From: an uncultured Lachnospiraceae bacterium
Lineage (GTDB): Bacteria > Bacillota > Clostridia > Lachnospirales > Lachnospiraceae
Reading direction: 5' to 3'
DNA: 35,420 bases
Assembly: GCA_902782965.1 (NCBI GenBank)
Contig: CACZPG010000318.1
Span: 1 to 35,420 of the forward strand
In this document: piece by piece, positions 16,602 through 26,774 of the stretch
Numbering within the stretch: the first letter of the stretch is position 1
How the letters are laid out: every line of letters starts with the position of its first letter
Program-made: the position numbers and the translations under genes
The notes under the pieces: generated by a model
Seen by the model: the letters and a program-made list of their open reading frames with translations, nothing else
Database searches by the model: none
Told to the model about the DNA's origin: nothing

Positions 16602-19600
16602 ATGGAAATAACTAAAAGAAAGGAAAGGGTAGGAAGAAGACCTCTATACCTGAGAGCATTTGCCATAATTATGGCTGTGTTCATGGTTCTTTCGGTTGTA
16701 TACATCAGCCATAGGAAGGATAAGGTAGAGGCTGCCGTAGATGTGAATATAACAGATGATTCATATCTTAGTGGTCTTGGTTTAGATGCGTCACAGGCCC
16801 TGGATAAAAATACATTTGTGGTAAATGTTCCTGCCAATGGAATCAAATTCCTTACACCGGCTACTACGGGATTTAGTAGTACCGAAACAGAGGATGTTAC
16901 CGTATATAAATATACTAAGGATGAAGATACCAGTGTTGTAAAATACAAGAAAGAGCAGGAAGATGAGGAAGGCTATACTTTTGATTCAGAAGTAGCAGCA
17001 AAGCTGACCAAAACTACTACAGCTGCATGGAGTGGTGTTGATGGAGAAGGCTATGTTGTTTCTAATGGAACAGTAGAAACCAAACTTACTGCAACCACCA
17101 AATATGCGTATACGTTTGCATCTGATGGAAGTCCGGTACCTGATGTTTCTATGTCTGACAGCGCAGCAGATAAGGCTAAGATTACTATCAAGACCTTTGA
17201 AATAGCTGATATAGGTAAATCAGGTGAAAATGCATCACAGAATTTAGCTTTTACAGATTCTAATGCTGGTTTAGCTTCATCTGGTGAGAAGCTTTACGGA
17301 GCAATAGAGTATACACTTGCAAAGGATGGAACTAATGTGCTTACAGACCAGAAAGCACTTTCTTCCATAAATAATTATTTTGACAGTTCTCAGGGAATTG
17401 AAAAAGAAGGTAAATACGTTGTAACCAAGACTGTGACACTGGAAGATGGTAGTGATCTTCCGGAAGGCTCAGGAGTCAAGACTTCAGATGAGTTATTAAG
17501 AAATTATATTATCGTTAAGGATTTCTATGCTACAGTTGATACTACTACTTTCCCAAATTCAGCAGGCACAGTTACTATTCCTGCATCAGGATTCCTGAAT
17601 CCTAAGAAGGCAATTACCGGAACTATAGTTGCCGACGGTGAAGCTACGATAGCTTTCTCAAGTACCAACACAAATGCACGTGTACCGGACGCTGCGAATA
17701 CAACAGGCGGTACAGCTACATTCACTATCCCGGGTGATCAGCCGGATAATATAAAGAATAACGGTGAGACAGTTCCGATAACAATAACAGTAACTGATAA
17801 ATCAGATGCTAATGTTAAGAAAACACTTACATTAAATATTAAATACGGAGACGGAACACCTACACTTTCAGGCCTTAAGATAAATGGTGCATCCGGTGAT
17901 ACCAAACAAGTTGGAGATAGTACAGTAAGTCTCGGAATTACTGCAAAAACAGGTGATGGTTCCGGAGCTCTTATTACAAAGGCTGAACTTTACAAAGTTT
18001 CTTCTACATCAGCTGCAGTATCAGGAAGTCCTGTAAGCAGTAATGATTATGGAACAGCTGCTTCAGTGAATGTTTCATTTGAAGGTGTAGCCCTTGAACC
18101 GGGAAATAATTATTTCAAGATTAAAGCATATAGTGATTATGGAATCAGTGCAGTTTCAGATGCATTCACGGTATTTATGGATGATGCTGCTCCTGTAGTT
18201 ACTAAAGCAAGTATTACACAGACAGTTAATAGCTCATATGGCGGAAGTAATCTGACTCCATCAGGAACTACAATTACGGTTCCTAATAAGATAACCTGTA
18301 TGGAAGCTTCTGCGATTGAATTAAAGATTTCTGATAAGCAGACAAATAACTCTGACGGAAGTGGAATTAACAGTGTAACAGTTAATGGATCAACCTGTAC
18401 TATTTCAGGTGATACTGCAACCTATACTCTTCCTGCCAATGCTACAGATACTAACAAAGCCGGAGTATCATACTCACTTAGTGTTGTAGTAACAGATAAA
18501 GCAGGAAAGTCCAGTACTTATTATATTACCGGAAACTATTTCAATGAAGATATGACTATCACTCAGGCCTATACTCCTTCAGATGAAGTAGAAAACGGCG
18601 GCAAGAAATTCTTCAAGTGGACCGGAGCAGACAAGAAGGGAATTCTTGAATATACTGTAGAATCTGAGGTTGAGCTTTCCGGAGCAACAATCACAATTAA
18701 TTCTGCATCCGAGGCTGCTACCCAGAAGAGCAAGACTGAAGCCTCCGGAAAATATACTTACGTTTATAAATATGAATTTGATGATACTACATCAAATGAA
18801 TATACAATTGATTTTACAGCAACAAATATTAATAATAATTCGAAGTCTGCAGAACAGCAGATTAAGAGTGTGGATATCACTAATCCGGATGATGTAGCAG
18901 TTGCTGAAGATGATGATTTATGGCATTCATCTCTTACTCTGAATGTTACTACTTCTGATTCGGGAGTGTCATCAGGAATAGATACTGTTGAGGCTACCGG
19001 TACTGATCAGTCCAGCTATACTCCGGGATCTGATGGTAAGTTCACAGCTAAGGTCAATGATTCTGAAACCTCAGCCGGAACAACAGTAACCTTTAAGGCT
19101 AAGGATAAGGCAGGAAACATCAGTTCTGTTTACACAGATACCTTCAAGGTTGATGGAAAGGATCCTACGGCTACACTTACAATCGGTGGTTTAGATTCAG
19201 CCAGCGTAAGCGGAGTTCTTTCAGAAGATCCGACTATTGTTTACAGTGCTACCGATAACGGAGCCAGTGGAATAGCTTCAATCAGCTTTACAGCTACTGA
19301 CGGAAGTACTAGTATCAATTGCACAGATGATTCAAAGAGTGGTAAATCGCTCTCTACAATACTTGGAGTAGCTCTTGATGCTACCAAGACTTATACAGTT
19401 ACTTTTACAGCAACTGATAATGCAGGCAATTCTGTAACTAAGTCAGCTACATTTAAGGTTGACGGACAGGATCCTGATATTACAGGATCTATAGCTAATA
19501 CAGCTAAGAAGAGTACCTTCCCGACAGTATTTGATCAGGATGTTACTGTAAATGTTACAATCGTTGATTACAACCTTGATCAGTCCAAGATAGTTGTTTC

Positions 19601-22502
19601 AGGAACAGGAAGTGACAAGGCTACAGTAAGCTGGACACCTACTGCAAATGGATATACAGGCGTTATCACTGCTTCTACAGAGGGTGTATATGCCCTGACT
19701 GTTACAGCAACTGATAAAGGTGGAAGAGTTGGTACATGGTCAGTAAGCTTTACTATAGACAAGACAGCTCCGGTACTGACACCGATGATCAATAATGAAG
19801 CATATTCGGGAACCTCAGGCTACTTTAATGCAGCAGTTACGACATCTGTGGGAGTAAGTGATGCTAATGAGGATACAACCGATGTAACAGCTGTTATTTC
19901 ACGTACAGCATTTGATGGTACAGTTACAACAGAGACTAAGTCAGGTAAGGGACCTTTCGAACTCAGTGAAGAAGGAACATATTCCATTACCTATACAGCA
20001 ACTGATAAGGCTGGTATAAGCAGCTCAGCTTCTATCGGATTAACAGTTGATAAGACCAGTCCGGTACCGAAGATTAACATAACAACTAAATATCCTAAGA
20101 TAGCAGGATATTATAATGCAGACAGTGTTGATATGTCTCTTGAGATATCAGATCCTACAGTTATTCCATCTAATATTGAAGTAACTGATAATGGAAAGAC
20201 TGTTAATGTAACCTGGACAAGTGGAGATGGAAAGCTTACAGCACCATATTCCTCTACTTCAGAAGAGAAACATACTATAATTGTTAAGGTTAAGGACCTT
20301 TCAGGAAATGAAGCTACTGCATCAGAAGCATTCCTGATAGACAGAACCAAGCCAAGACTTACTACAAAGGTTAATTCCAAGGAATATACCGATAAGGATA
20401 AGTATTTCTCAACTAATACATTCTCAAGCGTAGTTGTTTCAGACAAGAATGAGGATGAAAAAGATGTTACACTTACAGTAAGATTCTCAGGTTATGACAA
20501 TAACGAAAGTATTGAAACCAAGACCGGAAAGGGACCTTTCAAATTTACTAAACAGGGTAAATATGAACTTACCTATAAGGCTGTTGATAAGGCCGGAAAC
20601 GAAAGATCCAAGACTATAGGCTTCTACATTGATAAGTCAAAGCCGGTTGGTAATATGTATATCAAGACTGATAAGCCTGCCAAGTTTAAGCAGTTCAATG
20701 CAACTTATAGTAATAAGGTTGGCAAGTTTAAGAGCCGTAAGGATCAGGAGCATTATAAATACGGTCAGTATTACAATACCAGTGTATCAATCGAATTCAA
20801 TTACTTCGATTATGATATAGATCAGATAACCATATCAGATGGTGATGAGGAACTTATTCCTGAATGGTCTGAGAAGAATGGATTCGGTAAAGGTACAGTT
20901 TCTGTATCAGGTCAGGGACATCATGTTATCAAGATGGAACTTGAAGATAAGGCCGGAAATATAACCAAGTATAAGAGTGGTACTAAGGTTCTTGATTTCT
21001 ATATTGATAAGACAGCACCTTCAGTGGTTACTTCAGTTAATGGTTCTTCCGGAACAGACGGAATATCAATGAATTCCTCAGGAACAGTAGGTGTATCTGT
21101 AATTGATACTTACAAGGATCCGGATGATCTTACAAGAACCGCAAGGATAACAGCTCCGGGCGGTGGAACAACTGTAAGTTCAGCCAAGGTAAGAGAAGGT
21201 TCTGAGAGCTTTGCAAACGAAGCTGATTACGAGATTGAATATGTTGCAGTAGATAAGGCCGGTAATAAGAGCGTTCCTAAGTCAGTTAAGTTCAGAGTCG
21301 ACAGATCGGCTCCACAGCTGAGTATAACCAGTGATGCTAAGAACGGCGCTTCTACAACAGCAGTAGATGTTACATTTAATATCAAGGAGCCATTCTACAA
21401 CGATATGACTTCAAGTAAGATCGAAGTTTATAAGAAAGTAGATGGTGCGAGAGAGTCTCACGTTAAGACTATCGACTTCATGCCAAGAAGCTCCAATGAT
21501 ACTAAGACTGATAAGTTTGAGGACGACGGTGAATACAGATTTGTATTTACTGCTACAGACAAAGCCGGAAACAATGCAAGTGAGAATTATTCTTTCATTC
21601 TTGATGGATCTAAGCCTGTTATTACACTTTCAGGTGTAAAGAACTATGATAAGACTGAGAAGAATGTTGAACTTGGTATCCAGGTTGATGAGACCTTCTA
21701 TCTTACAAATAAGGTTACACTTTCTGGAACAAAGACCGATATTGATGGTAAGACAACAGATATCGATTTCGAGAACTTCCCGGCAAGCAGTGCTAAGATA
21801 GCTACTCTCAAGCAGATATTCAAGGAAGACGGTGTATACGATATCACAGTTTCATCTGTTGATAAGGCAGGTAATAAGGATACCAAGACTATCCACTTTA
21901 CTATTGATACGAAACCACCTGTTATTGAATCACTTGATGAGTATGACGGAAAGAAAGTTAAGGAGTTTAAGCTTGAGAAGTCTCTCGATGAGCTGGTAAC
22001 AGACCTTACAGTTTGTGAAGTGAAGCTTTACATGGACGGTGTTGAGTATGACGGTGTAAGTGCATTGGCAGACGGAACACACGTATTCAGAATTGAAGCT
22101 ACTGATGAGATGGGTCATAAATCCGTGAAGGAATTCACATTTGTTCTTGATACAATGGCACCGAATATCATTGTTACAGGAGCAGAGGATGGAGCATATC
22201 TTAAGGATGCAACCATCGTAGAAGTCAGCGTTGAGCTTGATGATGATTACATTGACTATGTAAAGGTTAACGGAGAAGCAGTTGCAGTATCTGATAATAA
22301 GTGTCAGATAAATGTCGACAAGAGAGGTAAGTATACCATCGAGGCTGCTGCAAGTGATGATGCTGGTAATAAGTCATCTCTTGATATGACCTTCCATTAT
22401 GGAAATAAGCTTATCTGGCTTATAATTGGAGGTGCAGTAATTCTTATAGGAGCATTAATAGCATTCCTGATTGCTGCCAAGAGAAGAAAAGACGATCGAT
22501 GA
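16602..22502 (+). CDS. Very large cell-surface protein with tandem bacterial Ig-like domains and a C-terminal membrane anchor
   Basis: Signal peptide ending VEA-A; many D-K-A-G-N...F-x-[VI]-D-x-x-x-P Ig repeat signatures; C-terminal TM plus KRRK, no LPxTG. ATG 16602 follows GGAGAGGAG; the ORF track starts at 16584. Confidence 0.9.
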   Translation: MEITKRKERVGRRPLYLRAFAIIMAVFMVLSVVYISHRKDKVEAAVDVNITDDSYLSGLGLDASQALDKNTFVVNVPANGIKFLTPATTGFSSTETEDVTVYKYTKDEDTSVVKYKKEQEDEEGYTFDSEVAAKLTKTTTAAWSGVDGEGYVVSNGTVETKLTATTKYAYTFASDGSPVPDVSMSDSAADKAKITIKTFEIADIGKSGENASQNLAFTDSNAGLASSGEKLYGAIEYTLAKDGTNVLTDQKALSSINNYFDSSQGIEKEGKYVVTKTVTLEDGSDLPEGSGVKTSDELLRNYIIVKDFYATVDTTTFPNSAGTVTIPASGFLNPKKAITGTIVADGEATIAFSSTNTNARVPDAANTTGGTATFTIPGDQPDNIKNNGETVPITITVTDKSDANVKKTLTLNIKYGDGTPTLSGLKINGASGDTKQVGDSTVSLGITAKTGDGSGALITKAELYKVSSTSAAVSGSPVSSNDYGTAASVNVSFEGVALEPGNNYFKIKAYSDYGISAVSDAFTVFMDDAAPVVTKASITQTVNSSYGGSNLTPSGTTITVPNKITCMEASAIELKISDKQTNNSDGSGINSVTVNGSTCTISGDTATYTLPANATDTNKAGVSYSLSVVVTDKAGKSSTYYITGNYFNEDMTITQAYTPSDEVENGGKKFFKWTGADKKGILEYTVESEVELSGATITINSASEAATQKSKTEASGKYTYVYKYEFDDTTSNEYTIDFTATNINNNSKSAEQQIKSVDITNPDDVAVAEDDDLWHSSLTLNVTTSDSGVSSGIDTVEATGTDQSSYTPGSDGKFTAKVNDSETSAGTTVTFKAKDKAGNISSVYTDTFKVDGKDPTATLTIGGLDSASVSGVLSEDPTIVYSATDNGASGIASISFTATDGSTSINCTDDSKSGKSLSTILGVALDATKTYTVTFTATDNAGNSVTKSATFKVDGQDPDITGSIANTAKKSTFPTVFDQDVTVNVTIVDYNLDQSKIVVSGTGSDKATVSWTPTANGYTGVITASTEGVYALTVTATDKGGRVGTWSVSFTIDKTAPVLTPMINNEAYSGTSGYFNAAVTTSVGVSDANEDTTDVTAVISRTAFDGTVTTETKSGKGPFELSEEGTYSITYTATDKAGISSSASIGLTVDKTSPVPKINITTKYPKIAGYYNADSVDMSLEISDPTVIPSNIEVTDNGKTVNVTWTSGDGKLTAPYSSTSEEKHTIIVKVKDLSGNEATASEAFLIDRTKPRLTTKVNSKEYTDKDKYFSTNTFSSVVVSDKNEDEKDVTLTVRFSGYDNNESIETKTGKGPFKFTKQGKYELTYKAVDKAGNERSKTIGFYIDKSKPVGNMYIKTDKPAKFKQFNATYSNKVGKFKSRKDQEHYKYGQYYNTSVSIEFNYFDYDIDQITISDGDEELIPEWSEKNGFGKGTVSVSGQGHHVIKMELEDKAGNITKYKSGTKVLDFYIDKTAPSVVTSVNGSSGTDGISMNSSGTVGVSVIDTYKDPDDLTRTARITAPGGGTTVSSAKVREGSESFANEADYEIEYVAVDKAGNKSVPKSVKFRVDRSAPQLSITSDAKNGASTTAVDVTFNIKEPFYNDMTSSKIEVYKKVDGARESHVKTIDFMPRSSNDTKTDKFEDDGEYRFVFTATDKAGNNASENYSFILDGSKPVITLSGVKNYDKTEKNVELGIQVDETFYLTNKVTLSGTKTDIDGKTTDIDFENFPASSAKIATLKQIFKEDGVYDITVSSVDKAGNKDTKTIHFTIDTKPPVIESLDEYDGKKVKEFKLEKSLDELVTDLTVCEVKLYMDGVEYDGVSALADGTHVFRIEATDEMGHKSVKEFTFVLDTMAPNIIVTGAEDGAYLKDATIVEVSVELDDDYIDYVKVNGEAVAVSDNKCQINVDKRGKYTIEAAASDDAGNKSSLDMTFHYGNKLIWLIIGGAVILIGALIAFLIAAKRRKDDR

Positions 22503-22546
22503 CAAAGATATAGAGAGTCATCTGGATAAAGTTTATTAAAGGCTTT

Positions 22547-22576
22547 AAGGGGGTGTGTTTGGTCACATCCCCTTTT
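22547..22576 (+). terminator. Intrinsic terminator
   Basis: AAGGGGGTGTG-N6-CACATCCCCTT followed by TT, 44 nt after the stop of the giant ORF. Confidence 0.75.
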
Positions 22577-22721
22577 CCATAATAAGGGCTTTATAATAGG
22601 ACGTATAAAAAAGTTCTTTACTATAATAATCGTAAATGTTACAATGTAGGTTGCTGTTTGAAGGTAGAAATGTATTTGGAAGGGTAATGATAGGCGTATT
22701 TACAATAGTTTGTTTTTATTG

Positions 22722-22738
22722 GTAACAATTTAGTTACA
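22722..22738 (-). promoter_or_regulatory. WalR/YycF-like direct-repeat box
   Basis: The minus strand reads TGTAAC-N5-TGTTAC, matching TGTWAH-N5-TGTWAH, directly upstream of an NlpC/P60 gene. Confidence 0.45.
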
Positions 22739-22750
22739 AAGGAAATAGGT

Positions 22751-24367
22751 ATGAAAATAACAAAGAAAATACTGTCAATAATATTGATAACAGCATTATT
22801 AATCTCAACATTACCGGTTATGAATTTTAATAAGGGAAAGGGTGTAAATGCAGCTACAGGTGACGAAATAGTTGCCGATGCGAAGAGCTGGATAGGTATA
22901 ACCCCTTATGTTTATGGCGGAACAGATCTTTATAAAGGAGCGGACTGTTCAGGATTTGTTTGTGCCATTTATAAGAGACATGGTCTTGATTTCATTTCCA
23001 CCTATGGTGTGAGATCAAGCTATGATATGTATGCTAATTATTCCAAGTTTGGAGTATATGTAGGTAATACCGCAGATGTTGTACAGCCGGGTTATCTGTT
23101 ACTTACCAATCCGGATGGTGACGGAAGACCTGGGCATGTAGGTATCGGATCTGTTGATGCGAATGGTAATAAGGAAATAATACATGCTTCTAATTCAAGG
23201 AGAGGAACGGTTTGTGACAGTCTCTCCTGGTATTTGAATTCAACTACCATTGTTGCAGTAATTGCTCCAACAGCATTGAATGGTGTACTGTACAGCAGTG
23301 TAACAAGTGCGGGTGAAGTTGCTCCGACTGTTTCTCCGGAGGCTACTCCAACACCTGCTCCGGAACAGACTCAGACTCCGGAACAGATTTCTGAAGAAGA
23401 GGCTAAGAAGGCTAATCCCGGATATCCTTATGAACTTCAGACCGGAAAGATAACCAAGAATTCAGGTAATAATGCAGTTATGTGGCTTCAGACTGCTCTT
23501 AATACTGTAAATAATGCCGGGCTTAAGGTGGACGGAAGCTATGGTCCTATAACCAAGGGGGCTGTTAAGAAATTCCAGAAGGCCTATGGTCTTGATAAGA
23601 AGAACGGTAAGGCTAATGCGGCTACGGTTGCCAAGCTTACAAGTGTACATGTAATCAATCAGTCTATTACATCGATTCAGCTGGATCATGAAGCAGAGAC
23701 TACACTTGAAGAAGGTCAGATCATGGATCTGCATGTAGTTGTTACGCCTATTGAAGCAGAAGGCGTTAGTATTAACTGGACATCTTCTGATAAGAGAATT
23801 GCCAAGATCAGCAGTGATGGTTCTATAAAGGCATTAAGACCGGGTACTGTAAATATTACAGCTACGACTCCTAATGGCATTACTACTGAGAAGGTTCTTA
23901 CCATAGAGAAGTCGCATCATAAGAGTGAATGGCTTAACGGACTCTATTATAATTCCAAAGGAAAACAGAAGAAGAAGGCTGTTGGTTCTTGGAAGAAGGT
24001 TAAGGGTCAGCTCACTTTCGGTGATACTTCCGGATGGCGTGCAAGAAATGAATGGGTAAGAATAGACGAGAAGAATTACTATTTCGATTATAACGGTTAC
24101 GCAATCAAGAACTGCTGGAGAAAGATCGGAAATAAATGGTACTACTTCAAGAGAGATGGTTCCCGTGCCGAGAATGAATGGGTTAAGGGAAAATATCTGA
24201 ATAAGAAGGGTGTCAGAAATAATAAGCGTACTGCAGCCTGGGAGAAAACGGATGCAGGATGGATGTATAAGGATAACCAGGACTGGTTTGCAAACAGTAC
24301 TACTATAATTATTGATAACAAGACTTATACATTTGATGAAAACGGTATTTGTGCCGAAAAAAAATAA
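22751..24367 (+). CDS. Secreted NlpC/P60 peptidoglycan hydrolase with PG-binding, Ig-like and cell-wall-binding repeat domains
   Basis: Signal peptide; PYVYGG, DCSGFV, GHVGI, IHAS; LQTALN..LKVDGSYGPITKGAVKKFQ; WTSSDKRIA...GTVNITATT; WRKIGNKWYYF-type repeats. Confidence 0.92.
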   Translation: MKITKKILSIILITALLISTLPVMNFNKGKGVNAATGDEIVADAKSWIGITPYVYGGTDLYKGADCSGFVCAIYKRHGLDFISTYGVRSSYDMYANYSKFGVYVGNTADVVQPGYLLLTNPDGDGRPGHVGIGSVDANGNKEIIHASNSRRGTVCDSLSWYLNSTTIVAVIAPTALNGVLYSSVTSAGEVAPTVSPEATPTPAPEQTQTPEQISEEEAKKANPGYPYELQTGKITKNSGNNAVMWLQTALNTVNNAGLKVDGSYGPITKGAVKKFQKAYGLDKKNGKANAATVAKLTSVHVINQSITSIQLDHEAETTLEEGQIMDLHVVVTPIEAEGVSINWTSSDKRIAKISSDGSIKALRPGTVNITATTPNGITTEKVLTIEKSHHKSEWLNGLYYNSKGKQKKKAVGSWKKVKGQLTFGDTSGWRARNEWVRIDEKNYYFDYNGYAIKNCWRKIGNKWYYFKRDGSRAENEWVKGKYLNKKGVRNNKRTAAWEKTDAGWMYKDNQDWFANSTTIIIDNKTYTFDENGICAEKK

Positions 24368-24404
24368 ATAATATATAGTAACAATAAACAAGAGGAGATG
24401 CAAC

Positions 24405-26621
24405 ATGAAGAAGGCAAAAAGAAATGCAATCATAGGACTTCTTATATTTGCACTGCTTGTGGCAGGAGGCGTCTACGCAGTTCTGGAAGGACTTGGCAAG
24501 GATGCTATCGGTAAGGCTAAGGATATTCCACTTGGTCTTGACCTGCAGGGTGGTGTCAGTGTAACATATGAAGTTCTGGAGGACAATGCAACAGACGAGG
24601 AGATCAATACTACTATTGATAAGCTTCAGCGAAGAGTGGATACATATAGCCCTGATGCTGAGGTGTATAGACAGGGAAATAAGCGTATAGTTGCTGAAAT
24701 TCCGGTAGATACAAGTAAGTATGATCCTAATGATATCCTGGATTCTCTGGGACGTCCCGGAAAGCTTGAATTCCTTGATCCGGATAACTATAAGAAGTTC
24801 TCTTCCGGTGAGGAATATGAAGCAGCACTGACAGGTTCTGATGTTAAGAACGCACAGGGTGGACGTATTCAGGAAAATACCGGTGCAGATGAATATATCG
24901 TATCCCTTCAGTTCAATGATGAAGGTGCAGTTAAATTCTCTGAAGTAACCGGAGCAAATGTTGGAAATCCGGTATATATCGTTTATGATGGTTCAGTTGT
25001 AAGTGCTCCGACTGTTCGTGAGCAGATTTCCGGAGGAAGCGCTCAGATCGATGGTATGGCTGATTATGACGAAGCTTCAAATCTTGCCAATACTATTAAG
25101 ATAGGTGCCCTGCCTCTTACGCTTTCAGAGCTTTCATCCCAGATAGTAGGTGCCAAGCTTGGATCAGATGCCCTCAGAACATCACTTATTGCAGGTGCTA
25201 TCGGACTTTGTCTTGTATTCCTGCTTATGATCTGTGTATTTAGATTCCCTGGTTTTATTTCTGCAGTTGCACTCTCTATATATACAGTACTTGAGCTGTT
25301 CTTCCTGAACGCTCTTCATATTACACTTACCCTTCCGGGTATAGCCGGTATCATACTGTCCATTGGTATGGCGGTAGATGCTAATGTAATTATATTCACG
25401 CGTATTAAAGAAGAAATCGGAGCGGGCAAGACTGTTAAGACAGCAGTTAAGGCCGGTTTCGAGAAGGCTATGTCAGCTATCATTGATGGTAATATTACAA
25501 CTATCATAGCCGGTGTTGTACTTCTTATCATGGGTACAGGTACAGTTAAAGGTTTCGCAAGAACTCTTATTCTCGGTATCATTCTTTCCATGTTTACAGC
25601 ACTTGTTATGACAAGATTTTTACTTAATGCATTTGTATCATTAGGTGTAGTTAATAAGAAATTATATGGAGCTGCTAAGAAGCCGAAGATTACTAAGTAT
25701 TCAAAGGGCTTCAAATATGCAGGTACATTCTCTGCTATTATTATCGTGGCAGGTCTTGCATTCCTCTTTATCAATAAAGGAACATCCAGCCGTGGAAATA
25801 CTCTTAATTACTCACTTGAGTTCAGTGGCGGTACTTCTACAGCAGTTACATTTAATGAGACTTACAGTCTCCAGAAGGTTGAATCTGATGTCCTTCCTGT
25901 ATTTGACGAGGTTGGTATAGATTCAAGTAAAGTTCAGATTCAGATAGTTGATAATTCCAACCAGGTAGTATTTAAGACAGGAAACCTGGATGAGAGCCAG
26001 CGTAAGGCACTGTCTGATAAATTAAAGGAAACCTTTAGTATTACTGATGATAAGATTGATTCTGAGAATATTTCCAGCACTATCAGCCAGGAAACTCAGA
26101 GAGATGCCGTTCTTGCTGTAGTTATTGCATCTATCCTCATGCTGATATACATTGCTATCAGATTTAACGATGTGAGATTCGGTGCCAGTGCGGTAATTGC
26201 ACTTATCCACGATGTAATGTTTGTGTTCTTCGCATATGCTGCGCTTTATCTGTCAGTTGGTGGAACATTTATTGCTTGTATGCTTACGATAGTAGGTTAC
26301 TCAATCAACTCCTCAATTATCATCTTCGACCGTATCAGAGAGAATCTGAAGGTTATGAATGTTGATAAGGTAGGATATACTGAAGTTGTTGATACAAGTA
26401 TTTCACAGACATTCACACGTAATATTTATACAAACCTGACTACTTTCCTTACAATACTTATGCTTTATATTCTCGGTGTAGCATCACTTAAGGAATTTAC
26501 ATTTACACTTATGGTCGGTGTTGTTTCAGGTACATATTCATCTATCTGTATAACAGGACCTCTGTGGCTGTGGCTCAGAAAGCATATCGGTAAGAAGGAA
26601 GAGGCCGTGGCAGCTAAATAA
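24405..26621 (+). CDS. secDF: Protein translocase subunit SecDF (fused)
   Basis: LGLDLQGG, TLPGIAGIILSIGMAVDANVIIF, SLEFSGG, LIHDV, GYSIN..IIIFDRIRE. Confidence 0.96.
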   Translation: MKKAKRNAIIGLLIFALLVAGGVYAVLEGLGKDAIGKAKDIPLGLDLQGGVSVTYEVLEDNATDEEINTTIDKLQRRVDTYSPDAEVYRQGNKRIVAEIPVDTSKYDPNDILDSLGRPGKLEFLDPDNYKKFSSGEEYEAALTGSDVKNAQGGRIQENTGADEYIVSLQFNDEGAVKFSEVTGANVGNPVYIVYDGSVVSAPTVREQISGGSAQIDGMADYDEASNLANTIKIGALPLTLSELSSQIVGAKLGSDALRTSLIAGAIGLCLVFLLMICVFRFPGFISAVALSIYTVLELFFLNALHITLTLPGIAGIILSIGMAVDANVIIFTRIKEEIGAGKTVKTAVKAGFEKAMSAIIDGNITTIIAGVVLLIMGTGTVKGFARTLILGIILSMFTALVMTRFLLNAFVSLGVVNKKLYGAAKKPKITKYSKGFKYAGTFSAIIIVAGLAFLFINKGTSSRGNTLNYSLEFSGGTSTAVTFNETYSLQKVESDVLPVFDEVGIDSSKVQIQIVDNSNQVVFKTGNLDESQRKALSDKLKETFSITDDKIDSENISSTISQETQRDAVLAVVIASILMLIYIAIRFNDVRFGASAVIALIHDVMFVFFAYAALYLSVGGTFIACMLTIVGYSINSSIIIFDRIRENLKVMNVDKVGYTEVVDTSISQTFTRNIYTNLTTFLTILMLYILGVASLKEFTFTLMVGVVSGTYSSICITGPLWLWLRKHIGKKEEAVAAK

Positions 26622-26662
26622 TATGATTGTAAAAGTTTCTGCAGGAAACAGAGCAATCCGTA

Positions 26663-26671
26663 TGATATAAT
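26663..26671 (+). promoter_or_regulatory. Extended -10 element (possible recJ promoter)
   Basis: TGATATAAT; no clear -35. Confidence 0.4.
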
Positions 26672-26683
26672 GATTAAAAGTAT

Positions 26684-26708
26684 AGGACGGAGGAAACTCC
26701 GTCCTTTT
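26684..26708 (+). terminator. Terminator-like hairpin after secDF
   Basis: AGGACGGAG-GAAA-CTCCGTCCT followed by TTT. Confidence 0.7.
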
Positions 26709-26774
26709 GAATAATTTGTGAGTAGTTAATAATACATGGTTTTCTCTGAATCAGTATAAAGAAAGGTGATATAA

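Noticed and set aside
8977-22502. Type VII or type VI secretion locus call
   Set aside because: No EssC/FtsK ATPase, WXG100 protein or T6SS structural gene in the window.
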